Assembly: GCA_049999805.1 (NCBI GenBank)
Contig: JBNGIO010006129.1
Coordinates: 115,261-147,275 of the forward strand
From: Folioceros fuciformis
Taxonomy: Eukaryota
DNA: 32,015 nt
Direction of reading: 5' to 3'
The position numbers and the translations under genes were made by a program. Positions 10,773 to 21,700 of the stretch are shown here, piece after piece; position 1 is the stretch's first letter; every line of letters begins with the position of its first letter. The notes under the pieces were generated by a model. That model did no database searches, was not told the origin of the DNA, and worked only from the letters and a program-made list of their open reading frames with translations.

Positions 10773-11894
10773 TTATTGGAGAAGCAGCTCAGCCAAACCG
10801 AGGCTGAGATGGTCAGTGAGCAGACTGTCCCGCTGAAGCATGATGGTCCATTTGTTGGTAGACGAAAATTCACCAGCGGAGTTAACGGAAGAAGATACTG
10901 GGCTTTGGATGGCGACGCCATGGGCTACTCGGAAATCTTCCGTGCCAGCCAGAACCGCCACTTCTCGATCAGGCTGTACCTTGTTGGTGGTGCCCCCAAC
11001 GATGAGACTGCCCTTCACGTCACCAGTATTGATCATGAAGGTTAAGAACAGGGAAGAGTTGTTGTTACCAGTAGCTTCATCTGTGTTGACTGCGATGCCT
11101 CTGACACGTCCGATGGGTGTGGAGGCTGGGTCTGGGCCGGTTGTGATCAGGTCGTCCACCGCAAGCACGGTGCCAAACCTGAAGCTGCTGAGATCGCCTT
11201 CCTGTGCAGCCACAGGTACTTCAGAGGCACCTGACCCCCCGATCTGCAGGTGTACATAAAACTTGAAGGAGATGATCGTGTCTTTTGTGCTGTCCAGGGC
11301 CGACCTGGAAAACACCAGTTGCAACATGAGCCTATCCTCCTCAACTCCGGCAGATACATAAGACAGGCCTCTCACCTGGAAGATACTGCACTTTGGTCAA
11401 CAGCTCTGGAATTTTCGGCGATGAGGGCAGTGCTCTGTACACAATGATCCCTGGATTAGCACATAGTGGCAAGGGAAGAAATACTGGTAACCTGGCTTTG
11501 CCTGCATTAGCACATCCTGGCAAGAGACGAGACAGTGGTAACCTGCCTAGCTTTGCAATTGACGTGCAATGATGGGGAGAGGTGATTCCACACTTACATG
11601 GCCATGTTCTGCTGGCGCAGATGGCGGAGACGACAAGATAGTCACTCCTGCTAGTAATGTTGCAACAGCAGCCCGAGATAAGCTTGTCAGCGTTGATGTC
11701 ACGAGGTCTGGTCCATCGGGTGAACCAGGTCTTGGAGTAGCGGGAGAATGCTGGAGCTGATCACGAAACCCCAACTCAGACTTTGGATGTATTCCACATA
11801 CTGCTTGTTTCCCACGTCCCTGGCCTGCATTTTGTTGTGACGAACCGACATCAACGGCAACGAACTTGAAAACCGATGCCCAGTAAGCATCCAT
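10773..11894 (-). CDS. Dirigent-family protein 3 with long N-terminal extension (putative plastid/thylakoid targeting)
   Basis: Domain exon 10773-11304 (FKFYVHL, FGTVLAVDDLITTGPDP, IGRVRG, REVAVLAGTEDFRVAHGVA). Phase-compatible upstream exons 11376-11434 and 11598 onward with GTGAG/GTAAG donors. Start uncertain: ATG at 11894, or a further exon from ~12114 (MATSTFAPP...). Confidence 0.8.
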
Positions 11895-12889
11895 AACACG
11901 TAAGATGCTAGCCTAGCCACTTGACAAGAAGATATGAGATGCCTGTGATCTGGCAAGAGAAGCTTTCCACCGCTCTCTGCTCGAAAACGTTGCGAGTCCC
12001 TGACGATACTGCAACAATCAAGCGGGAAGAAGGTGGACGAAGGAGTGCTCCTGCGAAGGGATCGCATATCCCCATGCCTTGTATCTGTGGAGGAGCGAAA
12101 GTGGAGGTAGCCATCGGCATTGTCCACTTTCGCCAACCCTCCAAGGCCCTAGCCCGAGGGTACGCAGTTCCTAGCACAGTGCAATCTTGGCCATCCCGAG
12201 GGAACCACAACACTCCTGTAAAGGGCAAACCAGTGGGCAATCATTGAGCAGTGCTTGTCAAAGTTTATGCCTAAAAGGGCACCCTGCATACCCGTCGGAG
12301 AATCATAGCCATTCTTCAGAAGGCGTCACGGCTCAAGATTCTAGGCGGCCCACTCGATACTCTATCTAGGCCGGCTGCTGGCACGCGGACACCAGTGTTA
12401 CAGCTGACTGCTCATTTTCGCAACCTAGCCGAAGACAACGACTGCGCAGATCCTGCAATCGCTTGCCTGCCTTGCTCTTTTACACACATGTGCTATGTAC
12501 ATTTTGTTCTGTAGACTGCACACTCAGATGGTAACCTGCAACATCAAAACGTGGGATACGTGCTGGATGCTCGGCTTGCCAAGTAGATGCGGGCAGTTGA
12601 AAAATCATTACGTACAATGCTGTCACAGCTAGATCCAACGCAGCAGCCCACAGACATGTATCTTCATTGCTGCTATGCGTGCACGGCTGTGACTCCCAAG
12701 TTGCCTATGCCTGAACCCGTCGTGATTTGATGGAGTATGTTTTCCAGAGCTTTACGGCTTCCTAGGATGGTGTGATTGGAGCAACTGAAAAGGCGGTAGG
12801 CTGCCAAACCCATTTATAGGTGTCCCGGGCCAGACCGACGGTCATGATAAACGCACGATCGTAGTCACGCAAGCGAAGCTATCACGCCG

Positions 12890-14503
12890 ATGGGGACTTT
12901 AAGCGCTCACGATGTGGGCGTTGCCATGGAGTCGTTATCAGAAGAGGTGCGAGAGCTCTCTCTCGGCACTTCCGGAGAGGTTGAACGTGTGAGGGGTCCT
13001 CTATCTCCCCTGCAGTTTCTCAGGGATTATGTGATGCCTGGTAAGCCATGCATCATCACTGACGCGATTGATCACTGGCCTGCTCTCCGATGCTGGTCCA
13101 ACGAGTACCTCTCTGGTGTGCTGAGAGACCAGACTGTGAGCGTGCACTTCACACCTGATGGGCGGGCGGATGCTGTGTCGGATCCTGGTGTCTTGCAACG
13201 ACTGTATGGCTGCACACTGGCTTCACTGGGTGCTGAGTCTGGTGAGTATGGCTTATTGATGAGGCCTGCCCTGCCCTTGGTGTGGCGGAGTCTTGTCTAC
13301 AGTCTGAGACTACCTGTTTTGTTTCAGAAAAGATGGCACACGCAGCTCTGCTTCACAGGAAGTGAGGGGAAACAGTGGACCGGCAAACACACTTGTGAAC
13401 GGAGGTGAAGATTGTATGCGAAACTCTAGTCCAGTTCGCAGCGAGCGCAATGACTTGCAAGATATTGCAGAAACGGGGCTTGGGTTTTTGTTTGTGACTG
13501 CACATGTCGAGCAATTGCCCTTTCCGGAAGCACTGGAGCTTATTACTCAGGACACCTGCAGCAAGGGCGTGGCATATGCCCAGCACCAGAACGGATGTTT
13601 CTTGACAGAGTACGGGCTGTTGGCAAAAGATGCAGACGAGCATCTACCTTGGGCAACCGAAGCACTGGGTTGCGTGCCCGAGGCGGTTAACATGTGGATT
13701 GGCAATGAGAAGGCTGTGACATCTTTCCACAAGGACCACTATGAGAATTTGTATGCGGTTGTGGCAGGAGAGAAACATTTCACTTTACTGCCTCCTACTG
13801 ATGTGCATCGTCTGTATGTGGATATGTATCCGGCTGCCCAATATTTGAGAGACAAGGTACAGTTGAGTGTTCCATCTTAAATTTGCTCGAATCCCTCCCT
13901 GCTTTGCAGCTGCTTTCTGTCAGACACAGTGTCTTTTTACAGGATTCTGGAAATTTCTCCGTAATTTGCCATCGAGAAGCTCCTGAAGTTCCATGGGTGA
14001 GTGTGGATCCTTATCCACCAGCCTCTGCACTGTCTGAAGCCAGAGCCAAGTTTTCACGATACTTCCAGGGCCCATCTCCTTTCACGTGTACTGTTAAAGC
14101 AGGAGAGATCTTGTATCTGTGAGTCTGCGCTCTGTGGTTGGACCATTCGAGTGTGTGGTGTCCAGCTCTAAAAGTATGAGGTGCTCTTGCCGGTTTCTAA
14201 GTTCACAAACCCTGGCTGGCCTTTATGTCTACAGGCCAAGTTTGTGGTTTCATCACGTTAAACAGTCAGCCGACGCTGAAGGAAAGGCAGTTGCTATCAA
14301 CTATTGTAAGTCCTGATTCTTGGGCACTGACATGGGACAACTTCGGGAAAATTCTGGATGGTTGTGACGATGACAAGATGGCTCCGGGTTTTGCAGGGTA
14401 CGATATGGAGTTTGATGTAAAGTATGCGTACTTCAGCTTCATCAATTCATTGTGGGAAAAGACTGTAGAGGCAGTGACGAAAGCCACCTCGTGTTCACTT
14501 TAA
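12890..14503 (+). CDS. JMJD7: JmjC-domain (cupin_8) 2-oxoglutarate/Fe(II) oxygenase, JMJD7/JMJ32-like
   Basis: Exons 12890-13241, ~13333/13363-13856, 13943-14118, 14235-14305, 14397-14503. Motifs SPLQFLRDYV..GKPCII..AI.HWPAL..W, AVNMWIG, TSFHKDHYENLY, GEILYLPSLWFHHV, AINYWYDMEFD; HxD...H metal triad intact. Confidence 0.92.
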
Positions 14504-14686
14504 CTTGGCCTTCAAATATGATACTTAGCACAAGATGAAGAGGATGGACTTGAGCAATCATATCTTCCTGCCTTTACACCAACTGTAGTATCAATTACAC
14601 CATACCTTGCCGTTCACACTGGATCTCCTCGATCCTCGTTCAGAACCTCCTCCCACCTACGAAGTGCATCCGCATCCCTCAACATC

Positions 14687-16407
14687 TCATGTGCCTACGA
14701 GAAGTTCAAGCACGTACCAATTGCCGGGGGGAGATAAACTGTACCTCTTTTTAATAAGAAAACGCAGTTGGGCTGACTCCCCGTCCTTCTCTTGATGTTG
14801 CTGTAAAAGTAGAGCTTTGGTTGAGCGCTTGGATCGTGGTCATACCATGCGAAACTCAAAACAGCAAGAGTCTGCCATGCAGGTCCCCACGAGTACAAAC
14901 CAGAGATAGAAGTCGTTCATCCTCCAAATATTTTAGCCATCTCCTATACAGCTGGATGGCTAGTGCTACTGATGAAAGAACAGTTGCCAGAATTAGGAAG
15001 AAAGAGAAGCTGCGCTGTGGAGATCCCTGCAAGACGTCATTGAACAATCTCAACCCTGTCAACGGAAGCTGACGACAGACTGATCTAAATGTGAGGAGAA
15101 GAAGTGAAATGCAGTGGGTACCTGGAAAAGTGGGTGTGACAAACAGGACACCTCCAACTGTTGAGAGATCGTTGCTGAGGCTGATGCTCGCTGTATTCTT
15201 GGCTTGGAAAACCATTTCAAACAAAACCTTCGCGACCTCATATTTTGTGCTTGTCTAGCCTGTCATCAACCAATCAGCTGCCTTTAAGCAATTAACCAAA
15301 CTGAGGCGAACGAGACCCTGTGTAACAACGTCCTACAAAGTAATGAAGGATCAAACCAGAAGACGAGAATATGCCTCCCGAGATTGCCTTCCAAATATTC
15401 CAGTGGGAACGACACCGTTTTGCCTCTGCAACACAAGCATGTCTCATCACATTGTCTAAAAGCGAAATGGAAAGGCAAGCAATCCCTTAACGTGATGATT
15501 ACCTGCCACTCTTGGACCGCAGCTTGTGTTTGAAAACCGAAGTACCCAGTGCATCCATCGGGGGAACTGAAGTGTCCTGCAGAAAGGAGGATTTTGCTGA
15601 GACCCCTATGCAGGAAACAAGAGAGAAAGCTGCCACTATCGGCTCCATGTCCGAAATCACGAACCCGTGGATTGCAGATACTGTTGCAACTGGCGTACAT
15701 CCTCACCACAAACCCCTTTCAAAAGGACACGATCGCCAAAATCGTACAGCTTCTGCAGGGCACCTGTCCCTCGATTAGCTTCTTTCCTACTGTTAGAAAG
15801 TTATAAGCCTACACAACACAAGACCTCAGACCTTCCAACGGAGGATTTACAGCACAAAAATCTCACAGCTTGTAGAGGATCATGCACTTCGCTGAACACA
15901 AGCTGCTGTTTCACTAGGCACCGCTCTCTGAATAGGGACAAACTAGCGTGGTTTTGAGAATCCTCCATTTATTGCCTACCGGCAGCAAGAAAGCATGGAG
16001 GAGGATACAACATCTGGAACAAGTACCCCGGCCCTTCGCAGCAAGTGTTTATCCAAATCTGAGAGCTGGTTGGCATTACTCCAATCTTCAGAAGCGATGA
16101 AAGGTGCGAAGTCCAATAACCGAGTACTGCTCGCAACGAATCCTGTTCTCGGAAGGAATGTGGAAGGTGATAGCGCCCCCCGACTAACTCCAATTTCAGA
16201 TGAGGACAACGTGGTGAACTTGTTCTTTCCTGCGTTCCAGGCTAGAGCTGGGCATCGCAACGAACAGAGGAACGTGCGACTAGCCAAATCCATGCCACCT
16301 GCCAGATCCGGCACACATTTCTCTGCCGAGCCTGCACATAAACTCACGCTGCAGCTCCGTAAGCTGCTGCCCATCGATGTTTGGAACGTTCCTTCGAGGC
16401 CGCGCAT
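14687..16407 (-). CDS. Putative organelle-targeted protein with a peptidoglycan-binding (PG_binding_1-like) domain and one transmembrane helix
   Basis: Exons ~15665-15789, 15503-15576 and 15357-15425 join in phase via GT-AG introns to give FGDRVLLKGVCGEDVRQLQQYLQSTGHFSSPDGCTGYFGFQTQAAVQEWQRQNGVVPTGIFGRQSREAY. Further exons 15152-15259, 14901-15068 (FSFFLILATVLSSVALAIQLY) and 14687-14800. First exon (~15980-16407) is Ser-rich and transit-peptide-like; 5' splice choices are ambiguous. Confidence 0.72.
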
Positions 16408-16696
16408 CACCCGCAGGAGGATGGACTGCGAGAATTTCGTGCTGGTCAGAAAATAGAAGCTCGCATTCCTACGACTGAACCACGTGTGCAGGATGGAGGT
16501 TGCACGTTGTCAGACGGGAGGGACGTACAGTATCTCCGAATCTCGCCTGCAACGATCAGACGCCTTCAAGTCTGAGCATCGTTGATTGCGTGCTATTTTC
16601 ACCTGTGTCCAGTGGGCCATACGGCTTAGTGCGATAAAGCCTAGATTAGGCCTTCATCGTAGTTTCGGATGTGAGCGATAGGCTTAGGCGGACAGG

Positions 16697-18488
16697 ATGC
16701 TGAGGGCTAGCGAGCAGGGGCTGCGATCCGCCCAGAAGTGTCTGCAATGGGCGAGAATCTGGGTGTCACGTGAGGGACATGCGGCACCTCTGCATAGGCC
16801 GATTTTCTGTCTAGCAGGCCGGAAAGGACCGGGATGCGGCAACAATCCAATTGGGTCCCGATGGAGCTGGCAGGAAATGGTAGTCCCTGCGCAGCAATTC
16901 GGCCCCTTCTCCTTCCAACAGTCCAGGGGAGCGAAAGTGAATGGATCAGAGGTTTGTGTTCACTCATGTCCAGTGAAGCAGGGTATGATTCCTCTGCAAT
17001 GCTGAAGTCAGTTAGAATCGTGTGCTTCGCAGGTGAGGGCAGGCCAAGTGATAGAGCGGAATGGTGGGTGTTTTCAGCTGCTGGAGTTCTAGACTTTGAG
17101 GTCTCCGGAGTGGAAATGCAATTTTTGACGAAGTTGTTTGTTATGCTCTGTTGTGCTCTCGGGTTCTTCACATGGTGGCTCTCCCTCACTGATCTACTGC
17201 AGGTCGACTCTGCCAGGTCAGCGGTGTTTGTCATCTTGCCTCACTGTCTGGGTGGCGAACTTGTTGACCAAGTGTTCATGTGCAAACTGCTGGGCCTGTA
17301 GGTTTTGAGAACGCAACATACACAGCAAGGCCGTGGGGGAGCTGTAATTCAGGCAAGGGCTATTCTTCAACTGCTCTGTGGTCAGGGTTAGCCTTGGGCC
17401 ATTCAGAGTAACTGGTGTCATTCATGGAGCAGGCTGAAGTTCGAGATGTTCAGAGTGGCCTGAAGTCAACCGAGAGATTTCGCACAAGTGAAGCTATTGA
17501 AAGTGTGTGAAGCTACCCCTCCTCTGTCAACACAGTCAAAACAATTGCCACAAGAATGTTTTTTTTGGCTTGCGTGCAAGAGCCTGGCTCGTGATGAAGG
17601 GATTTTCTCAGGGGTATTCGTAGAGGAGAAGAGCTTCACCTTTTTGTACGAGGAGGGAGGTTTAATCGTTCTTATGGAGTAAGCACCTTGCAATGCATCT
17701 GGCCGCGTTCCAGGCAATTTTGCGTAGGGTGTGTCCATGTTGCCTTTCTGATTCTTGGGCACGTGTCCAGTCCCACGACTTTTGAGCAGGTAGAGCTGTC
17801 GAAGGAACTGTTCGGTGGTCAAGCAGCATACCTGACCGGTACGCTGTAAACAAATTCACCCTACTTTTATGGTGATTCGCTCCTCAGCTCTTACCGTGGT
17901 TCACATGCTTGCCCCAGATGGTCTGGCTGTTTCTGTGCAGGAGTATGATGGAAAGCCCCTTTCTGCAACAGTTCCCTCCAAGGTCACTTGCACAGTTGCT
18001 GAAGCTGAACCATACTTCAAAGGCCAGACAGCAACACCCACGTTTGTTCCCAACTCTCTCACTGTCTGCTTACTACATCTCAAAGACGGTACTGGTCAAG
18101 TTTCCTTATGATGGTTCGAAATTTTGCCTTGTACTGATCAGTTACAAGAAGGCGGTGCTTACAAATGGAGCGACAGTGATGGTAGGTGTATGCAGATAGA
18201 GTTAGTGTACCTTCTTTTCTGTTGATGTGCTCAGTACCAGTCAGCCAAGGTTGCTGACAACTGTTTGACTCAGTCTTCCCACTCTTGTTCTTTTTGCAGG
18301 TGCCATCCTTTATTGTGCAAGGAGATGAAATTGTTGTCGATACTGCAAGTAACTCATACGTCACCAGGTGGGTATAAAAAAGTTGCTTCGCGTCGTCCCG
18401 TTTTTTGATACGCTCTGTTGCAAGATTGGTCTGAGCAAGCCTTTCGACTGAAGATTGACTCGTCTCATATTTCAGATCAAAAGAATGA
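16697..18488 (+). CDS. EFP: Organellar (probably mitochondrial) translation elongation factor P, 11 exons
   Basis: Exons 16697-16951, 17033-17063, 17203-17216, 17302-17352, 17433-17502, 17612-17678, 17771-17838, 17918-18041, 18142-18181, 18300-18367, 18476-18488. Protein: ...QQSRGAKVNGSEVRAGQVIERNGRLCQVLRTQHTQQGRGGAVIQAEVRD...FTFLY...TFEQ...KGQTATPTYKKAVLTNGATVMVPSFI..GDEIVVDT...YVTRSKE. Arg-rich presequence. Confidence 0.92.
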
Positions 18489-18782
18489 GAAGACACATTA
18501 ACGATGACTGCCGTTTGGCACCAAGTGCTTACCTCCATCTAAAGCTTTCAACTTTCAACATTACTTATTAACACGTTCGCCGATACAGTGGCGCGTTTTC
18601 CTGACAGAACTCCAAATTGCCAGGCCTTGTTTCAAGAGATTCAAAAGAAAAATATCCGCAGACCTATGACAGCTTAGAAGGTTTTCAATCGAGAGGGATT
18701 ACAATAGAGGGAACATTCTGTCCTTCTCTTCCGTATAATAACCATCGTCACTGGAGGAGGGTCTCTTGGGAGGGTCTCTTCG

Positions 18783-21700
18783 TCAGACCTTACTGGCTTT
18801 CATTTCTGAGGAGTCTTGGGGAAAACAGGCCCGCTCAACACACCTTACCACGGACGACTGAAGATCTGGAACCGGTACTGAAGGCTCGGCAGTGCCCCGG
18901 CAAAAAGGGCAACATCCCTGATCCAGGAGGGCAATATCCCACTCCTCTTGCTCAAAGAAGTGGTTGCAGGAGGTACACAGACTCACAGCGAGCAGGGGAT
19001 CGACAAGGAAAAAATATCGATGCTTTTGTCCGCTGGCACGAGGCTCCTGAATCAGAACCTGACTCCTCTCCAGACGAGCGAGAGTGGCAGTCCCAACTTC
19101 GATTGTCCCAGCTTTCTTGGAAGATGATAAAAGCAGCACATGCTGCCCCAACAACGGATTCATCCCAACCAGATCCTCTGAGCCCAGATTGTTGAGATAC
19201 TTGGCTTGTATTCTTAAAGCTTGTAAATGTTTGGGAGGGCGAGATTGTATGAGCTGCAAAGCCTGCTCATGCGTCGTTCCTTCCTCTAGAACGAACTCCA
19301 CCTGTAATCATAGCCACGAGCATCAGAAACGTACCGGCAGCCGTCTTGTTCGATACATCAAGTTAGTTCAAAGTAAACAACAACAACCAGAGGAAGTTGA
19401 TCAAAAGTTGTGAACGATCTGAATATGGCTTGATTGCATCTGCTGCAAGAGATCTCGCTTTCTGATGTCACAGGTGGCATAGGAGCAGAGCAGTTGTAAC
19501 AAAACGGGACGTCGTAACTTGATTTTGGGTCGTCAGGACGAGAAGCTTTTGCACGGGCAATTAAGGTAGCCACCTCCAACTTTTCCGCCCAATTCTTTGG
19601 AACCCTGAGGCTTCGCAGTCCTTCATATGCGTGACTGGCTGCTTTATGACAACCTGCAACGTCTCAGCAGCATACAGTCAGGAATGTTCGACTGGGAGTC
19701 TTCAGGAGATGTGGAGAGGAGTGGTACACATCTTACCGAGCTCTTCCCCTTGCCTTGCCAGTGTCACAAGAGTGTTGACCAGTGACATACCCTTCGGTCG
19801 CATGCTCGACACTTGAGACATGAGGTAGCGTCCGATGTTGAACAGGGTATCTGGTCTGGTCGTTCTGAATGGTTCATTAATCGATTGATCAATGAACGAG
19901 TATGCATAATATATCTCCGCCTGCTTCTGCATGGACAAGTACTCATCAAGCGTATGCCGAGTATTGGCCTGGTCAATGCTCCCATTGCATAACTCCAGAA
20001 TCTCTAGTGCCAGTTGCCAGGAGAGGTACGAAGCATCCTTGAAGCGTTTCTCCTTCACCTGCACTACCCATTGAGAGAAGTTGGAACCTGTTGAAGACAG
20101 TTTCTGGTTGCCGCTAAGTCTGCAGCGAGATTTACCAGCGACATCGTACCGCATTCTCAATAAGTTGATTTTGCAGTCGTTGAGACAAATCATGTCTACC
20201 ATCTGCCCTGTAGACTGCTCTAGCATCATGAAACCGGTCACTCTTGATTAGCCACTCTGCGTATGGCCGCGAGACATCCTCATCTATCTCAGGATGTAGT
20301 TTTTTTACGGCAAAAGCATCTTCCCACTGGTGTAACTCCATGTGAAGGAAGAGAGTTGACCTGAATTCAGCATACACGCATTCAGCATTCCTCCTGTGAG
20401 AGTGTTATGCACACTTCTAACTGTGGAATTTAGCAGCAACTTTTTGGCGCACACCTGTGGTCACCGAGCTTGTTATACGTTTCAAAAGCATGGGCATACT
20501 GTCCTGCCTGACGCATCAAAGATGCACACAAGTTCAGCTCAGATATCCTTGTTTGGTCCAGCTTCCTTGCAACCTGCAGAATCCCCAATCCTGATCAAAG
20601 ATAGACAAGGTCAAATGAGCGAAGGGAAAAACACTCAAGCACGCAGTTTTGCACCTCGATAAGCTTCTTAGCTGGACCATGGTCCGCAATTAAGGCAAGA
20701 GCTTTCTCAGGTTGACCAGCAACTAGATACATGTCTGCCGCACTTTCATGATCCATGGTCTGTGCGCTCCACTCTGCTTGCTTTTGAACGATGTCTGTAA
20801 CCCTGGGTCTACTTGACACGTTTGTCTGCGCATCCTTCTGCGCCAATGCTTTGGCCTCGTCGAACATGCGTAGGTCTGAGAACATGTCCATGGCCTTATC
20901 TATCTGTCCTGCCTCAATATATGTCTTGGCTGCCTCATCAAAATCCCCCTGTACCATGGTTGCAACGATGAGTGTATACCTCCCATCGAGCCAAAAACAG
21001 CGGCATGGAATTATGATCATTCCAAGTACCTGGTATGCAAGAACACAAGCCAGAAGTGTTGCCTTTGGCATATTTGAACGTCCTTGACACAGGCGGTGGA
21101 TTAGCCCCAGGAAGCAGACATCCTTGATGCGGACAAAGCTGGCACGAGCAACCTCCCAGTTTTGATCCTGTAGAGCTTCAACCGCCAGGAGACGCCAATC
21201 AGCCTCTGTAACACCAAGGCATGCTACCCTGTAGGCTTGGTCAAACTGCTTCTGTTCCACGTAGTGACGCATACTTGTCGATTGTGGAACTTCAATAGTC
21301 TACTCAACATCACACAACCCTGTGAATGAATCAGTGCATCTTGATATTCGTCCGGCCCCAACGCCCAGGAAATTGTATACAGTAGATCAAAAGAAGACCT
21401 GCATTGACAAATGATGAAGGCAGAATATCTTTGAACCCTGAAATCCAACAACATATCCTTGCAATTTCTGACGATGCACAGGAAAATCTGCAGTCTTGAT
21501 GTTCAACATTCCACTACCAGAGTAGCACAGCATGGTTTCCATCTCTGTGTTCCAAGCAACCGAACTTGCTTGCTTGTCCTCAAACACTATGTCGTTGGTC
21601 TGCAGCAAGCATTTCCAACAATTATGATGACAGAAGCAAAGGCAAACCAGAATAATGACCAACTACCACAGACTCGATGTGCCAGGACAATGCATGACAA

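Noticed and set aside
14687-16407. Bacterial contamination or recent horizontal transfer as the source of the PG-binding domain
   Set aside because: The domain is split by canonical spliceosomal introns and sits among ordinary plant genes.
18617-19195. 192-aa plus-strand ORF
   Set aside because: Antisense to the last IFT122 exon, with no independent coding signal.
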